DNA of 64,000 nucleotides from Octopus vulgaris. Its lineage: Eukaryota. A program made the position numbers and the translations under genes. Of the stretch, positions 24,930 through 39,354 are shown one piece after another. The stretch's first letter is position 1; each line of letters begins with the position of its first letter. Under the pieces are notes generated by a model. The model did not search any database and was not told where the DNA came from. It was given only the letters and a program-made list of their open reading frames with translations. The stretch covers positions 27,466,001 through 27,530,000 of the forward strand of contig OX597840.1 of the NCBI GenBank assembly GCA_951406725.2, in the 5' to 3' direction.

Positions 24930-27262
24930 TGTATGTGTGTATGTATGTATGTATGAATGTATGTATGTATGTATGTATGTATGTATGTATGTATGCATGT
25001 ATGTATGTATGTATGTATGAATGAATGCATGTATGTATGAATGTATGTATGTATGCAGGTATGTATGTATGTTTGTATGTATGTATGTATGAATGAATGT
25101 ATATATGTATGTATGTATGTATGCATGAATGTATGCATGTATGTATGAATGTATGTATGAATGTATGTATGTATGAATGTATGTATGCATGAATGTATGT
25201 ATGTATGAATATATGTATGAATGTATGTATGCATGAATGTATGTATGTATGTATGAATGTATGTATGAATGTATGTATGAATGTATGTATGTATGAATGT
25301 ATGCATGTATGTATGAATGTATGTATGCATGTATGTCTGTATGCATGTATGTATGTATGTATGTATGAATGTATGTATGAATGTATGTATGAATGTATGT
25401 ATGCATGAATGTATGTATGTATGTATGAATGTATGTATGTATGTATGTATGTATGTATGTCTGTATGTATGTTTGTATGTATGTATGCATGCATGTATGT
25501 ATGTATGTAGGTATGTATGTATGTATGTATGTTTGTATGTTTGTATGTATGTATGTATGTATGTATGTATGTATGAATGCATGTATGAATGTATGAATGT
25601 ATGCATGTATGTATGAATGTATGTATGTATGTATGTCTGTATGTATGTATGTATGAATGTATGTATGAATGTATGTTTGTATGTATGTATGCATGCATGT
25701 ATGTATGTATGAATATATGTATGTATGTATGAATGCATGCATGTATGTATGAATGTATGTATGTATGTATGTCTGTATGTATGTATGTATGTATGTATGT
25801 ATGTATGTATGTATGTATGAATATATGTATGAATGTATGTATGCATGAATGTATGCATGTATGTATGAATGTATGTATGAATGTATGTATGAATGTATGT
25901 ATGTATGTATGAATGTATGTATGTATGTATGTATGTATGTATGTATGCATGTATGTATGCATGTATGTATGTATGTATGTATGTATGCATGTATGTATGT
26001 TTGTATGTATGTATGTATGTATGTATGCATGTATGAATGTATGTATGAATGTATGTATGCATGCATGTATGTATGTATGAATGTATGTATGTATGTATGT
26101 ATGAATGTATGTATGAATGTATGTATGTATGTATGTATGCATGAATGTATGTATATATGTATGTATGTGTGCAGGTATGTATGTATGTATGTATGTATGT
26201 ATGAATGAATGTATATATGTATGTATGCATGAATGTATGTATGAATGTATGTATGTATGTATGTTTGTAAGAATGTATATATTTATGTATGTATGTATGT
26301 ATGTATGTATGTATGTATGTATGTATGTATGTGTGCAGGTATGTATGTATGTATGTATGTATGTGTGAAGATTTGCATGTTTTACTTTATGTATATATTC
26401 CCATACATATAGTTACATATCTAAACATGCTCATATATATTTAAATGATAAACTTCTGGAAAGTTTTACACACGTTTACACACGTTTACATTTCCAGTGT
26501 TGGATTTGATCTGTAGTCTTCGAATTAGCTTCCCTCTTTCTAGTTTAGAGAAGCCTAATTTCTCAAGATTGATATTTAGGCAGTATGGTATGTATGTATG
26601 TATGTATGTATGTATGTATGTATGTATGTATGTATGTATGTATGTATGTATGTATGTATGTATGTATGTATGTATGAATGTATGTATGAATGTATGTATG
26701 AATGTATGTATGCATGAATGTATGTATGTATGTATGAATGTATGTATGTATGTATGTATGTATGTATGTATGTATGTATGCATGTATGTATGTTTGTATG
26801 TATGTATGTATGTATGAATGTATGTATGTATGTATGAATGTATGTATGCATGAATGTATGTATATATGTATGTATGTGTGCAGGTATGTATGTATGTATG
26901 TATGTATGAATGAATGTATATATGTATGTATGCATGTATGTATGTATGTTTGTATGAATGTATGTATGTATGAATATATGTATGTATGTATGAATGAATG
27001 TATATATGTATGTATGCATGTATGTATGTGTGTATGTATGAATGTATGTATGTATGAATGTATGTATGTATGAATGTATGAGTGTATGGATGTATGTATG
27101 TATGTGTGTATGAATGTATGCATGAATGTATGTATGAATGTATGTATGTATGTTTGTAAGAATGTATATATTTATGTATGTATGTATGTATGTATGTATG
27201 TATGTACGAATGTATGTATGTATGTATGTGTATGTATGTATGTATGTATGTATGTATGTATG
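24530..27262. repeat. Very long degenerate (TATG)n satellite (two blocks, 24530-26365 and 26590-27262)
   Basis: Direct; variants TGAA and TGCA. Confidence 0.97.
26369..26590 (-). mobile_element. REL-type retrotransposon 3' end with stop and 3' UTR, copy 2
   Basis: ...LIRRLQIKSNTG...CKTFQKFII* then a short UTR running into (TACA)n. Confidence 0.55.
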
Positions 27263-27299
27263 TCAAGTATAAACAAAGTTCCTTCGACTGCTGTTCCCA

Positions 27300-27620
27300 C
27301 TGTTGGTGTGAGTTCGACAAACTTAACAGCGTATTCAACTCAAAACACTTGACGTCAGTGAAACGAAAATGATGGCCACTTAAACGCCGTACTTAAACAA
27401 GATGTCTGAACCGGAAGCACTTTCGATCATCAGAGATGGCCAGGCGTAGCTGCTCCTCCTCTTCCATATTACATCTTTTTTCTAAATAGCATGCCGTGCC
27501 TATTTAGCTGTGAATAGTACGAATGACGTCATTGGCTTCTGGGACCAAAGAGAACCCAACACACGCAGTGAATGTCACGTTTACAATTCCATCACGTACG
27601 CCATTTTTTTGCATTTTTAT
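27300..27620. promoter_or_regulatory. Enhancer/promoter-like island with two perfect CRE sites
   Basis: TGACGTCA at 27350-27357 and 27524-27531; CCGGAAG at ~27411; inverted CTAAATAG/CTATTTAG pair at 27482-27507; CpG-rich. Confidence 0.4.
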
Positions 27621-27842
27621 TTCTCATTCTTTTTGGCGCAGATATTTGTGAGATATGATCGTGGGTACGAAAACGACCGAATTTGACTGATGAAGGTCGA
27701 TTCGTGAGACAGCGGCCTTCCTAAGTGTAAACCAGTTGTGTGTGTAAATGTGTTGCTTTATGTTTGTGTAGCTGTATATATGATGTAAGGATGTTGTAAA
27801 GATATGTTTCCCCATATGCAGAGTTGTAGGAGTGGAGGCGTA

Positions 27843-28174
27843 GGAGTGGAGACGTGTGGCTAACTGGTTAGGGTGCTGAACTTCCGATAGTAAGATTTTA
27901 GTTTCGATTCAGGGACTGGGTGATACATATATATATATATACATATATATATATATGCATATACATATATATATGCATATACATATATATATATATATAT
28001 GCATATACATATATATATGCATATACATACATATATATACATATATATATATATACACATGCATATATATATATACATACATATATATATATACACACAT
28101 ACATATATGGGTAAATGGCGGTGCCCCAGCATGGCCACAGCTCATGAGCTGAAACTAGAATCAATCAATCAATC
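27843..28174 (+). mobile_element. SINE with tRNA-like head, expanded internal microsatellite and LINE-like tail plus (ATCA)n
   Basis: GTGGCTAACTGGTTAGGGTG...GTTTCGATTC head; tail GGCGGTGCCCCAGCATGGCCACAGCTCATGAGCTGAAAC. Confidence 0.55.
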
Positions 28175-28485
28175 ATATATATATACATACATATATATAT
28201 ATACATATATATATATATACATATATATATACTTACATATATATATACATATATATATATATACATATACATATCTATATACATATACATATATATATAT
28301 ACATATATATATACATACCTATATATACATATATATACATATATATATATACATACATATATATACACATACATATACATACATATATATACACATACAT
28401 ACATATATATATATATATACATATATATACATACATATATATATATACATACATATATACATACATGTATATATATATACATACA

Positions 28486-28573
<88 letters not shown>

Positions 28574-30005
28574 TATTTAACTTGACTCCGGTCCACTCAG
28601 CTGGCAAAAAGGAATAGTTCAGTTCCGGATCGGCGTTCTACCCAGGGGCGGAATATAGATGCCAGAAACCCCGTCCCTATGGGTCTAACTGACTCGGGAA
28701 GAAGCCTCGTTCATTTTGCAGGTGCGGGCATGGCTGTGTGGTTAATGAGCTCGATTTGTAACCGCGTGATTTCAGATTCAGTCCCACAGGGCGAAAACTA
28801 TGACAAGTGTCGTCTTGTGTAACTCCAGGCCGACGAATAACATGTGAGTAAATTGAGATATAATAGCCGGAAACTGTATGGAAGTCCAACGTTTATATAT
28901 AGAGGGTGCAGTGAATAAATTGTCTAAATTACGCAAAAATGAAAATAAAACTAACGTCTTATCTTAACAGATATATTTACCAAAATTACATAAAAATATC
29001 TTGAAATACTGAAGAGTAAATTTGTTCAATAGACACACACATATATATATACACATTCGTAGTCGATTTGTTTGACGAAAAAGCGGTGCTCCAGCATGGT
29101 CGGTGTCAAATGACTGAAACAAGTAAAAGAATAAAGGAATATACACACACAAATTAAACATAAATGCATATATATATATGCACATATACATACATATATA
29201 CATATAAACGCATACATACACATACATATATACATATATATATATATGCACACATATATAAATACATATATATATATATATGTATATATACACCCACACA
29301 TACATGCAAATATACATACATATCTATATACATACATACGCACTTATATACATACATATATACATACATACATACACACATACATACATACATACACACA
29401 TACATACACACATACATACATACATACATACACACATACATACACACATACATACATACGTACGTACATACATACACACACACATACACACATACATACA
29501 TACATACATGCATACATACATACACACATACATACGTACATACATACATACATACATGCATACATACATACACACATACATACACACATACACACATACA
29601 TACACACATACATACATACATACATACATACATACATACATACATACATACATACATACATACAGACACACATACTTACACACATTACAAACTAGCAACT
29701 AAAAAAACTAACACCACATCGTACCAGTTATTTAAAAATAGCCGAATTCTAAAAATAACTCATATTTCAAAAAGAATTACGTGAACGCCATCTTCCCGAG
29801 TGTATCTACAACTAGCAGCCATATCCGGTTTAAGTCGGCCATGCTTTGGCGAGATAATGTAGCGTTTGTTATTATATATAAACACGTTTCTCTACAGGAT
29901 AACGCGATATACTCCAAGTGTCAAAAGGTGAAGGTATATAAAGAGGATCCCAGTTATTTCTGGCGTCTACTATTACAAAATAATGTTTCGTCTGTTTTTA
30001 TTGTC

Positions 30006-30036
<31 letters not shown>

Positions 30037-30169
30037 TTCAGATAAGGGGTGTTTTTTGCCGCCTTTTTTGTTTGTTTGTTTTCTTTCCTTGTTTATTTAT
30101 TATTTTTTTTTATTAAGTTTTCTTGTTTTATTTCTTTTTCTTATTCTCGCTCTTTTTCGTTCATTTTTT

Positions 30170-30473
30170 TTATTATTATTATCTCCTCCTCCTCCTCTTC
30201 CTCCTCCTTCCGTTTTTCTTTTTCCTTTCTTTTTTTTCTTCCATTCTTTCTTTTTCCATCTTTTTTCTTTTTCTCTTTCTTTCATTTTCATCATTCTTTT
30301 TCTTTTTCTTCTTTTTCTTCTTCTTCTTCTTCTTCTTATTCTTCTTCCTCTTTCTCTTCTTCTTCCTCTTTCTCTTCTTCTTCCTCTTTCTCTTCTTCTT
30401 CTTCTTCTTCTTCTTCTTCTGCCTTCTCTTTCTTCTTTTCTTCAACATCACCACCACCACCATCAACATCATC

Positions 30474-30505
<32 letters not shown>

Positions 30506-30684
30506 CATCATCACCACCACCATCATCATCATCATCATCATCATCATTACCATCATCATCATCTTCATCACCACCACCATCATCATCATTATCATCATCA
30601 TCATCATCATCATCACCACCACTTTTAACTTATTATTTTTATAATCATTTTACCACTACCACCTCCACCACCTCCACCACCACC

Positions 30685-30715
<31 letters not shown>

Positions 30716-30973
30716 ATACTACTTCTATGTGTTTCTACGTTAAGAAGACATTTCCTCGTGTCCTTAAGTTTAGAATATTTATTTAAAGAATACTTCTTTA
30801 CACATTTCCTTCCCGAAACCGATTAAAAAGGCCCTAAATTTTCGCAACAGCAAAGGGTCCAGGGAGTGAGTGAGTCACAAGACTCAAGATACTCGAGTCG
30901 TATGAGTCGAAGCAATAATGATCAGGGAAATGACTTCCCTACTTACTTCTCCTTCAGATCGTTACTTAACAAC

Positions 30974-31005
<32 letters not shown>

Positions 31006-31528
31006 ATATGTGTGTGTCTGTGTGCGAGTGTTTATGTGTGTGTGTTTCTGTGTGTGTGCGTGTGTTTGTATGTGTGTGTGTTTTTGTCTCTGTGTGTTTC
31101 TGTGTGTGTGTGTTTCTTTGTGTGCTTGTATGTGTGTGTGTTTCTGTGTGTGTGTTTTTGTGTGTGTATGTTTCTGTGTGTGTGTGTGTTTTTATGTGTG
31201 TGTTTGTGTGCGTCTGTGTTTGTGTGTGTTTGTGTGTGCGTGTGTTTGTGTGTACGTGTGTTTGTGTGTGTCTGTGTTTCTGTGTGTGTTTGTATGTGTG
31301 TGTCTTTCTGTCTGTGTGTGTGTTTTTGTCTGTGTGTGTTTCTCTGTGTGTGTGTGTGTGTGTTTGTGTGTGTGTTTGTATGTGTGTTTGTGTGTGTTTG
31401 TGTGTGTGTGCGTCTGTGTTTGTGTGTCTGTGTTTCTGTGTGTGTGTGTTTCTGTCTGTGTGTGTGTTTTTGTCTATGTGTATTTCTGTGTGTGTGTGTG
31501 TGTGTGTTAGTGTGTGCGCATGTGTGTG
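30170..31528. repeat. TTC/CAT/CAC tract (30170-30725) and degenerate (TG)n tract (30975-31528)
   Basis: Direct. Confidence 0.95.
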
Positions 31529-31695
31529 TTGATTTTATTCCTACATTTCTCGTTGTTAAATCTCTATATTGTTAAAATGTGTTTTGACGATGTCGTGCCG
31601 TAGGAGAATGTCTTCAAGCTGGAGTCGTTTCAAAACTGTAAATTCTTTACATAATTTACATTTGACGGATATTTGTCCTTATCTTGTTTATTGTT

Positions 31696-31741
31696 AACAC
31701 AACGTTTCGGCTGATATACCCTCCAGCCTTCATCGGGTGTC
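31696..31741 (-). ncRNA. Minimal hammerhead motif (U4C variant) next to a (CAT)n tract
   Basis: GACAC-CCGATGA-A-GGCTG gagggtatat CAGCC-GAAA-CG-TT-GTGTT. Confidence 0.6.
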
Positions 31742-31807
31742 TTGGGGAAATTTCGAAACTGGATTCTCATTCCTAACGTATTTTTCGATGATATCATCAT
31801 CATCATC

Positions 31808-31891
<84 letters not shown>

Positions 31892-31937
31892 GTCATCATC
31901 GTCATCATCATCATCATCATCATCATCATCGTCATCG

Positions 31938-31997
<60 letters not shown>

Positions 31998-32242
31998 ATA
32001 TTCAGGTCATTGAATAATAATAATGGAATCGATTTTTGTAATTTTTTCAAGACTTATACACGCCCTGATACCGTCGGTATCTACATATCAACAGACAGAC
32101 AAACAGAAAGGATTTTATATAATATATATAGACAGACAGACAAACAGAAAGGATTTTATATAATATATATAGACAGACAGACAAACAGAAAGGATTTTAT
32201 ATAATATATATACTCAAAATAAGCAACAAGAACGACTCCGGT

Positions 32243-32333
32243 AATTTGGTACGATCGTTTCGTACTACATCATTTTATTAAATGTTGTAAGTATTACAAC
32301 AGATTTAAGATGCTGAGTACTCATCAGCCAATT
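32243..32333 (-). ncRNA. Type I hammerhead ribozyme, canonical core, long stem II
   Basis: TTGG-CTGATGA-GTAC...(TGTTGTAA tac TTACAACA)...GTAC-GAAA-CGATCG-TA-CCAA; palindromic stem III, GUA triplet. Confidence 0.85.
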
Positions 32334-32355
32334 ATAGAGGTTTTCCATGAATACA

Positions 32356-32453
<98 letters not shown>

Positions 32454-32455
32454 TT

Positions 32456-32895
32456 AAAGTGTGTTTTACGTTTGTTGTGGAGTTGTAGCTTGTTTGAGGA
32501 GTCGTGTATTACTAAAATATGTTTCCAGGATTTACGGAAGTGAAAATATATTTTAAAGGTGTTGTACCACGAAAGCTTGTTTTATCAAGGATATATAATA
32601 TTAAAGTGTATTTTAAGTCTGTTGTAATGTTAAAGCGTGTTTTGCGGCCCGTGTACTGCCACAACACGTTTTCAGGACCTGCAACAACTAAAACATGTTA
32701 CCAGGCTGCCGTATCGGCAAAAAATGCGTTTTAAGGCTTCTTTTACAGCCTAAACTACGTGTCAACGTTCTAGCAATTGGCAAAACGTGTTTTAAGGCCT
32801 GTTGCATTGATGGAGTGGATTTTAAATATGTCATATTAATAAAGTATATTTTACGGTTACAATATATCATACCGTATTATAAGGTTTCTGGAATG
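32456..32895. repeat. Highly diverged ~29-31-bp-period array, ~15 units
   Basis: Motif AAARYRYRTTTTAAGG recurs at 32456, 32485, 32514, 32543, 32572, 32603, 32632, 32661, 32690, 32721, 32752, 32782, 32812, 32841, ~32870. Confidence 0.8.
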
Positions 32896-33149
32896 TATGA
32901 AGAAATTTAGGGTTGCTGTTTTTGCGCGAAGTGATTGCAGAAACCACGAAAGGCGGGAATAAATATTGGAAAAACTGTAAATTCTTGCCAAAAGAAAGGG
33001 GAAAAAAAAGCTTAGAATCTGCTTTGCACGTTAATATTATTGGTAAACCAATAAAATATATTTTAGTCAGAATTCCACTTAAACACGCTTTGTTCCGATG
33101 TTTGAACAGCTAACATACCAATTCCTTCACACCACAGACGCACACACAC

Positions 33150-33185
<36 letters not shown>

Positions 33186-33455
33186 GCACACAAATACACA
33201 CACATACGCACACAAATATACTCATTGATATATATATATATATAAAGAGAGAGGAAAAGCATATAACATATATGTGTGAGTATATATATATATATATGTA
33301 TGTACAGGTGTATATATGTATATATGGATGTTTTTATAGGTGTATGTATGTTTAGGTGTATATACAGAATTAAAGAAATAGAGAGATGGATAGAGAGTGG
33401 GACATAGATTAAAAGATTTACGTATATGTGTGTATTTATGTGTATATATATACAT

Positions 33456-33510
<55 letters not shown>

Positions 33511-33606
33511 TACATGTATAAATACGTATATATAAACACACGCACACACATATGCATTTTTATATATATACGTACATACATGTATATATACACATATATA
33601 AGTAAA

Positions 33607-33671
<65 letters not shown>

Positions 33672-33721
33672 TATGTATTTATGCATGTACATATAATACA
33701 TACATATACCGTATGTATGCA

Positions 33722-34111
<390 letters not shown>

Positions 34112-34486
34112 TGTATATGTGTATAACTGCCTATATAGTTTTACAAGAGCCATTTGTTACGTTAATTTTATAAATTTTCTTGAAATTTAATGTGAAATAA
34201 TGGTGTGATTTAAACTTAATCAACATTTACCGATCCATGCAGGTATATACATTTAAATATATATGTGTGTGTGAGTGTGTGATTGTGTATGTGTGTGTAT
34301 GTATATATAATGTGTCTGTAAGTATATATATATATATATATCCATATTTATGTGTGCGTGTGTATAAATGTATCTTCATATATATATATATATAAATAAA
34401 TATATGAATATATATATATATATAGATAGTTAGATAGATAGATATAGATATATGCTCAAAGATACACATGTATACGTAATTATACT

Positions 34487-34532
<46 letters not shown>

Positions 34533-34590
34533 TACATGCATATATATCTGTATATATGCATGTATACCTGTCTGTATGTTTATGTTTTAT

Positions 34591-34669
<79 letters not shown>

Positions 34670-34738
34670 GGTCCCGGGTTGATTCGGGGTTAACCACAGT
34701 AAATAAGGTACTCAATACATAGCAGAGTAAAATTAATT

Positions 34739-34854
34739 TATTATATAGAAGGAGCTTCTACAGGACTAGAACTGTTTCATTCAAGAGAAATCTTCAGGAA
34801 GCTCCTGAAGATTTCTCTTGAATGAAACAGTTCTAGTCCTGTAGAAGCTCCTTC

Positions 34855-34863
<9 letters not shown>
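34739..34863. repeat. Perfect foldback palindrome (61-bp arms, 3-nt loop) with hammerhead-like core
   Basis: Arms meet at TCTTCAGGA agc TCCTGAAGA; CTGAAGA-TTTC tctt GAAT-GAAACAGTT. Confidence 0.9.
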
Positions 34864-34895
<32 letters not shown>

Positions 34896-35179
34896 TATAT
34901 ACTTGAAAAATCTGTTATACTTTTACAGCTAAATTTTACTGCCGAAGAGATTCCAGTATCTATTCTTCTAACCAAACGCCCACACATACGCATACGCAAA
35001 ACACACACACGGACACCCACACGCGCATACCCACACGCGCACACCCACACGTGCATACACACATGCACGCACACACACACAGCTCTGTGGCAGGTTCCAC
35101 ATTTAATTTCTTTGAATTTCAAAACAACATACGCAACAAAAACATCACAAAAAATAAAAAAATAAACACCGGAGTATTA

Positions 35180-35229
<50 letters not shown>

Positions 35230-35239
<10 letters not shown>

Positions 35240-35366
35240 GCACACTCTCTCACACAAATATGCATACATATATGCTTGCATATATAAATATATATACATG
35301 TAAATATATATCTCTCTCTATATATATATGTCTATACATACATACAGACATACATACATATATATA

Positions 35367-35400
<34 letters not shown>

Positions 35401-35530
35401 CATGCACACTCTCTCACACAAATATGCATACATATATGCTTGCATATATAAATATATATACATGTAAATATATATCTCTCTCTATATATATATGTCTATA
35501 CATACATACAGACATACATACATATATATA

Positions 35531-35573
<43 letters not shown>

Positions 35574-35700
35574 GCACACTCTCTCACACAAATATGCATA
35601 CATATATGCTTGCATATATAAATATATATACATGTAAATATATATCTCTCTCTATATATATATGTCTATACATACATACAGACATACATACATATATATA

Positions 35701-35720
<20 letters not shown>
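35230..35720. repeat. ~165-bp unit tandem triplication built from microsatellite-like sequence
   Basis: CATGCACACTCTCTCACACAAATATGC at ~35237, 35401 and 35571. Confidence 0.9.
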
Positions 35721-35734
<14 letters not shown>

Positions 35735-36858
35735 GATGATAGATAGATAGATAGATGATAGATAGATAGATATATAGATAGATAGATATACATACATACA
35801 TATATACACACACATATATATATATATATATACATATATAAAAAGGTACTTACATAAACACAAGTATATATCTATGTGCAGTATATGTATTTATATACGT
35901 GTATGAATGTATATGTTTGTGTGCGTGTTAGTGTGTGTGTGAGTCTCTCTGTGTGTGTGTGTGTGTGTGTGTGTGAGTGTGTGTGTCTAGGAAGGAAGGA
36001 AATACGCATCCACGTTAACAATACAGAGATAAATTATTGAATTTATGAATTCAATAAAGAAAGGTTTTATAGAATACGTGTTTATAAACTGAAATATCGC
36101 AAGTGGGGACTCTGAGTTTTTGGTTTTCCTTATTCTCTGGAGATGATAATAGTTATAAATCACATCTTTCCTATATTTATATCCGTAATAAACAGCCATT
36201 GAAAATAAAGAACATTTTGAAGATTTATATATATATATACAAAATAAAATCGTTTGATTGTCTAGATGCTTTTAGTACTTTTCTGTTGTGAAGCATTTTG
36301 AAATTGTTCTACAGAAATTCAGATTTATGGCCGCAAAAATATTCGAGCTTAAAAGAATTATAAATGTTAGCTGATTATATATAAGTCACTCAAAAATGCA
36401 GAGATTATAAAGACTGGAACGTTTGTGCGTGAATTCTAACGTATTTTAACATATTACAAATGAATTTAAAGCGGTTTTTTTGTTGTTGATATTTTTCTTT
36501 CAATACCCAAATGTATCTAGATATCATTGCATGGGATCGTTTTTTTCATGTTACCACGCTCAAACAATTTGTATACCTGTTACATCTTAATTTAAAATGC
36601 TTTTCTATCAAAACAAATATTTACTCCAAGCGCAGCTGAAATCATTATTGGTGAATACTTTCGTGCAAGAAACGATGGATTTTATAAATTGGAAATTGCT
36701 TAAAACTAAAACACAGCATTCTGCTTACATCGTGAAAGGTATTTCATAAGCTGCTAATATGTAGGCGTGCGCACGCGCGAGCGTGCGTGTGAGGGGCGTG
36801 TGTATGTATGTATGTACGTACGTACGGATATGTATATGCATCTAAATATAAATATAAT

Positions 36859-36934
<76 letters not shown>

Positions 36935-37244
36935 CATATATATATATGTTTAAATATTTGTTGTGCAAGATTTTTTATGTGAAGTCGTGTGTTGAAACAG
37001 ATATATATTTCGAATTATATTCAGTTAGCAATATATATATATATTTTGCTTCAGTGATATTTATTTTTTACATTAATCTTATCTTATATATATCATACTT
37101 ATATATATCAGCCATTTTGTAAATACAAAATGGCTGACGGTAGGAGACAAGTAAGTGAGAAGAAAACAAAGGACCTGATGCGTCAAGTGACGAAGAATTC
37201 AAATAGATAAGATTAATGTAAAAATAAATATATATACGAAATAT

Positions 37245-37317
<73 letters not shown>

Positions 37318-37361
37318 TCATATATATATATATATATATAAATATCATATATATATATAAT

Positions 37362-37532
37362 ATATACTTTATTTAAAAGCAGCAATTCAACAAAACCTGT
37401 TACTCGGAGTTTCACGTTCCCGTTCGTCGGACAGTTTTGGACAGTTTTAACAAAACTGTCCGACGAACGGGAACGGGAAACTCCGAGTAACATGTTTTTG
37501 TTGAATTTCTGCTCCTTTTAAATAAAGTATAT
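37362..37532. repeat. Foldback inverted repeat with a hammerhead motif in each arm
   Basis: Arms 37362-37439 and 37451-37532; TGT-CCGACGA-ACG ggaa CG(T/G)-GAAA-CTCCGAG-TA-ACA. Confidence 0.88.
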
Positions 37533-37595
37533 TACTCTACCCCTGGTATTTGAGTACTCTTTTTTCCACCTTGTTTCACATTTATGTGTTTACTC

Positions 37596-37640
<45 letters not shown>

Positions 37641-37776
37641 ATTCTTTTACTCTTTTACTTGTTTCAGTCATTTGACTGCGGCCATGCTGGAGCACCGCCT
37701 TTAATCGAGCAACTCGACCCCGGGACTTATTCTTTTGCAATGCTAGGGGACAAACACAGACACACAAACACACACA

Positions 37777-37846
<70 letters not shown>

Positions 37847-38278
37847 TGTATATATATATGTATATATACCACCCAGCGAACTTCCACCATGGGTCATCAC
37901 AATTGCTTAAGGTAAAAATGAATTCCTCGCTCTTTCGGAAACATCAATCTTCTGGATTGACCGCTTTCCACCACTTTGATCTGTTTTTTGTATTGAATAC
38001 GTATCGCCACCGTGGGCCACTGCATCGAACACTTTGAACATATACTTCAAACTATATATCAACTATACATGAACTATATATCAACTATACATGAACTCTA
38101 AGATGTCTGACTCCGTTGTGTATTATAAATGAATTTCTTGTGTTTGACGGCATGAGCTGTCTCTTTTTATATATAACTTTTTTTGATAAGGTTCATTTCA
38201 GGAATTGAAACATGTTATAATGTATATATAAAAATTAAAAATTGTATAATACAGCAGCATTTTCGAACTTCATTTTTT

Positions 38279-38431
<153 letters not shown>

Positions 38432-39354
38432 ACGAAAAGGAAAGAGAAACGAATACACAAGGAGAATAGAAAGATAGAAGTATTTCTTTTTTTATATATC
38501 ACATAATATTTGATCGAACTCTTCTCACTTTCTTTCTCCCCCTATGTATGTATGTATGTATGTATGTATGTATGTATGTATGTATGTATGTATGTATGTA
38601 TGTATGTATGTATGTATGTATGTATGTATGTATGTATGTATGTATGTATGTATGTGTATCAGCATGCTTCCGTGTATGTGTGCAATTTTAATATGCAAAA
38701 GACAAACTTCCTCACCGCATCCTCATATCCAACTCCCCATACGACAGTCATTTTCAACAGAATATTTTTTTCCCGTCTTTTGCCAGACGCCATTAAGACA
38801 GAGATGACATAAAAAAATATTTAAAAGATTTAGATATAACACTGCACCGGTTCAAAGATTACCACCTAAAAGTGATATAAAGAAAAAAAACGCCATTGTT
38901 TTTCAGAATGAATTCGATTGTCTTGGTTATCTATTAGCGAATTTGGCGGAAGATTATTAGGAAGAAAAAAGCAAAAAAAAAAAAGCACCGATGCTGTTAA
39001 ATTATTTTCCAATTCCAAAAAAGAGAGAGAAAAAGTGTGAAAAATGGTGAAAATACTGTGTTGGCATTCGTTTTAAAATCGGATGTTATCGGATGTTCTT
39101 GAGAATATGGCAAACCTCATTGTAACATTCGACCTGGCTCTCCGTCGTTTGCGACGACGACTGTTCAGTTGATCGGATCGATGGAACAGTCTGCTTGTTA
39201 AATGAACGTGCAAGTGTCTGAGTACTCCGCAGACACGCGTAGTTCCCAGGGAGATTCAGCGTGACACAGAAAGTGACAAGGCTGGCCGTTTGAAATAACA
39301 AGTATTACTATTTTTTTCTTTTTTTTTTTGCCAGCTGAGTGAACCAAACTGGAC

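Noticed and set aside
24318-26230. 546-582-aa ORFs (YIHT repeats) and similar YI/CV/poly-S/E/L ORFs across the window
   Set aside because: Translations of stop-free microsatellites; no coding evidence.
27685-27722. CTGATGA followed by a hairpin
   Set aside because: No GAAA or stem III after the stem; not a hammerhead.
32456-32895. CRISPR array call
   Set aside because: Eukaryotic context, repeats degenerate and short, spacers only ~14 nt, no cas genes; kept only as an unusual array.
37160-37200. CTGATGC-GTC..GAC-GAAG hammerhead-like motif (similar relics at ~44840 and ~59690)
   Set aside because: Multiple core mismatches; at best decayed relics.
38178-38222. Possible second U3-A8 hammerhead (TTGATAA-GGTTC...GAATT-GAAA-CATG-TT)
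   Set aside because: Stem I is weak and AT-only, and stem II relies on G-U pairs; not distinguishable from chance.
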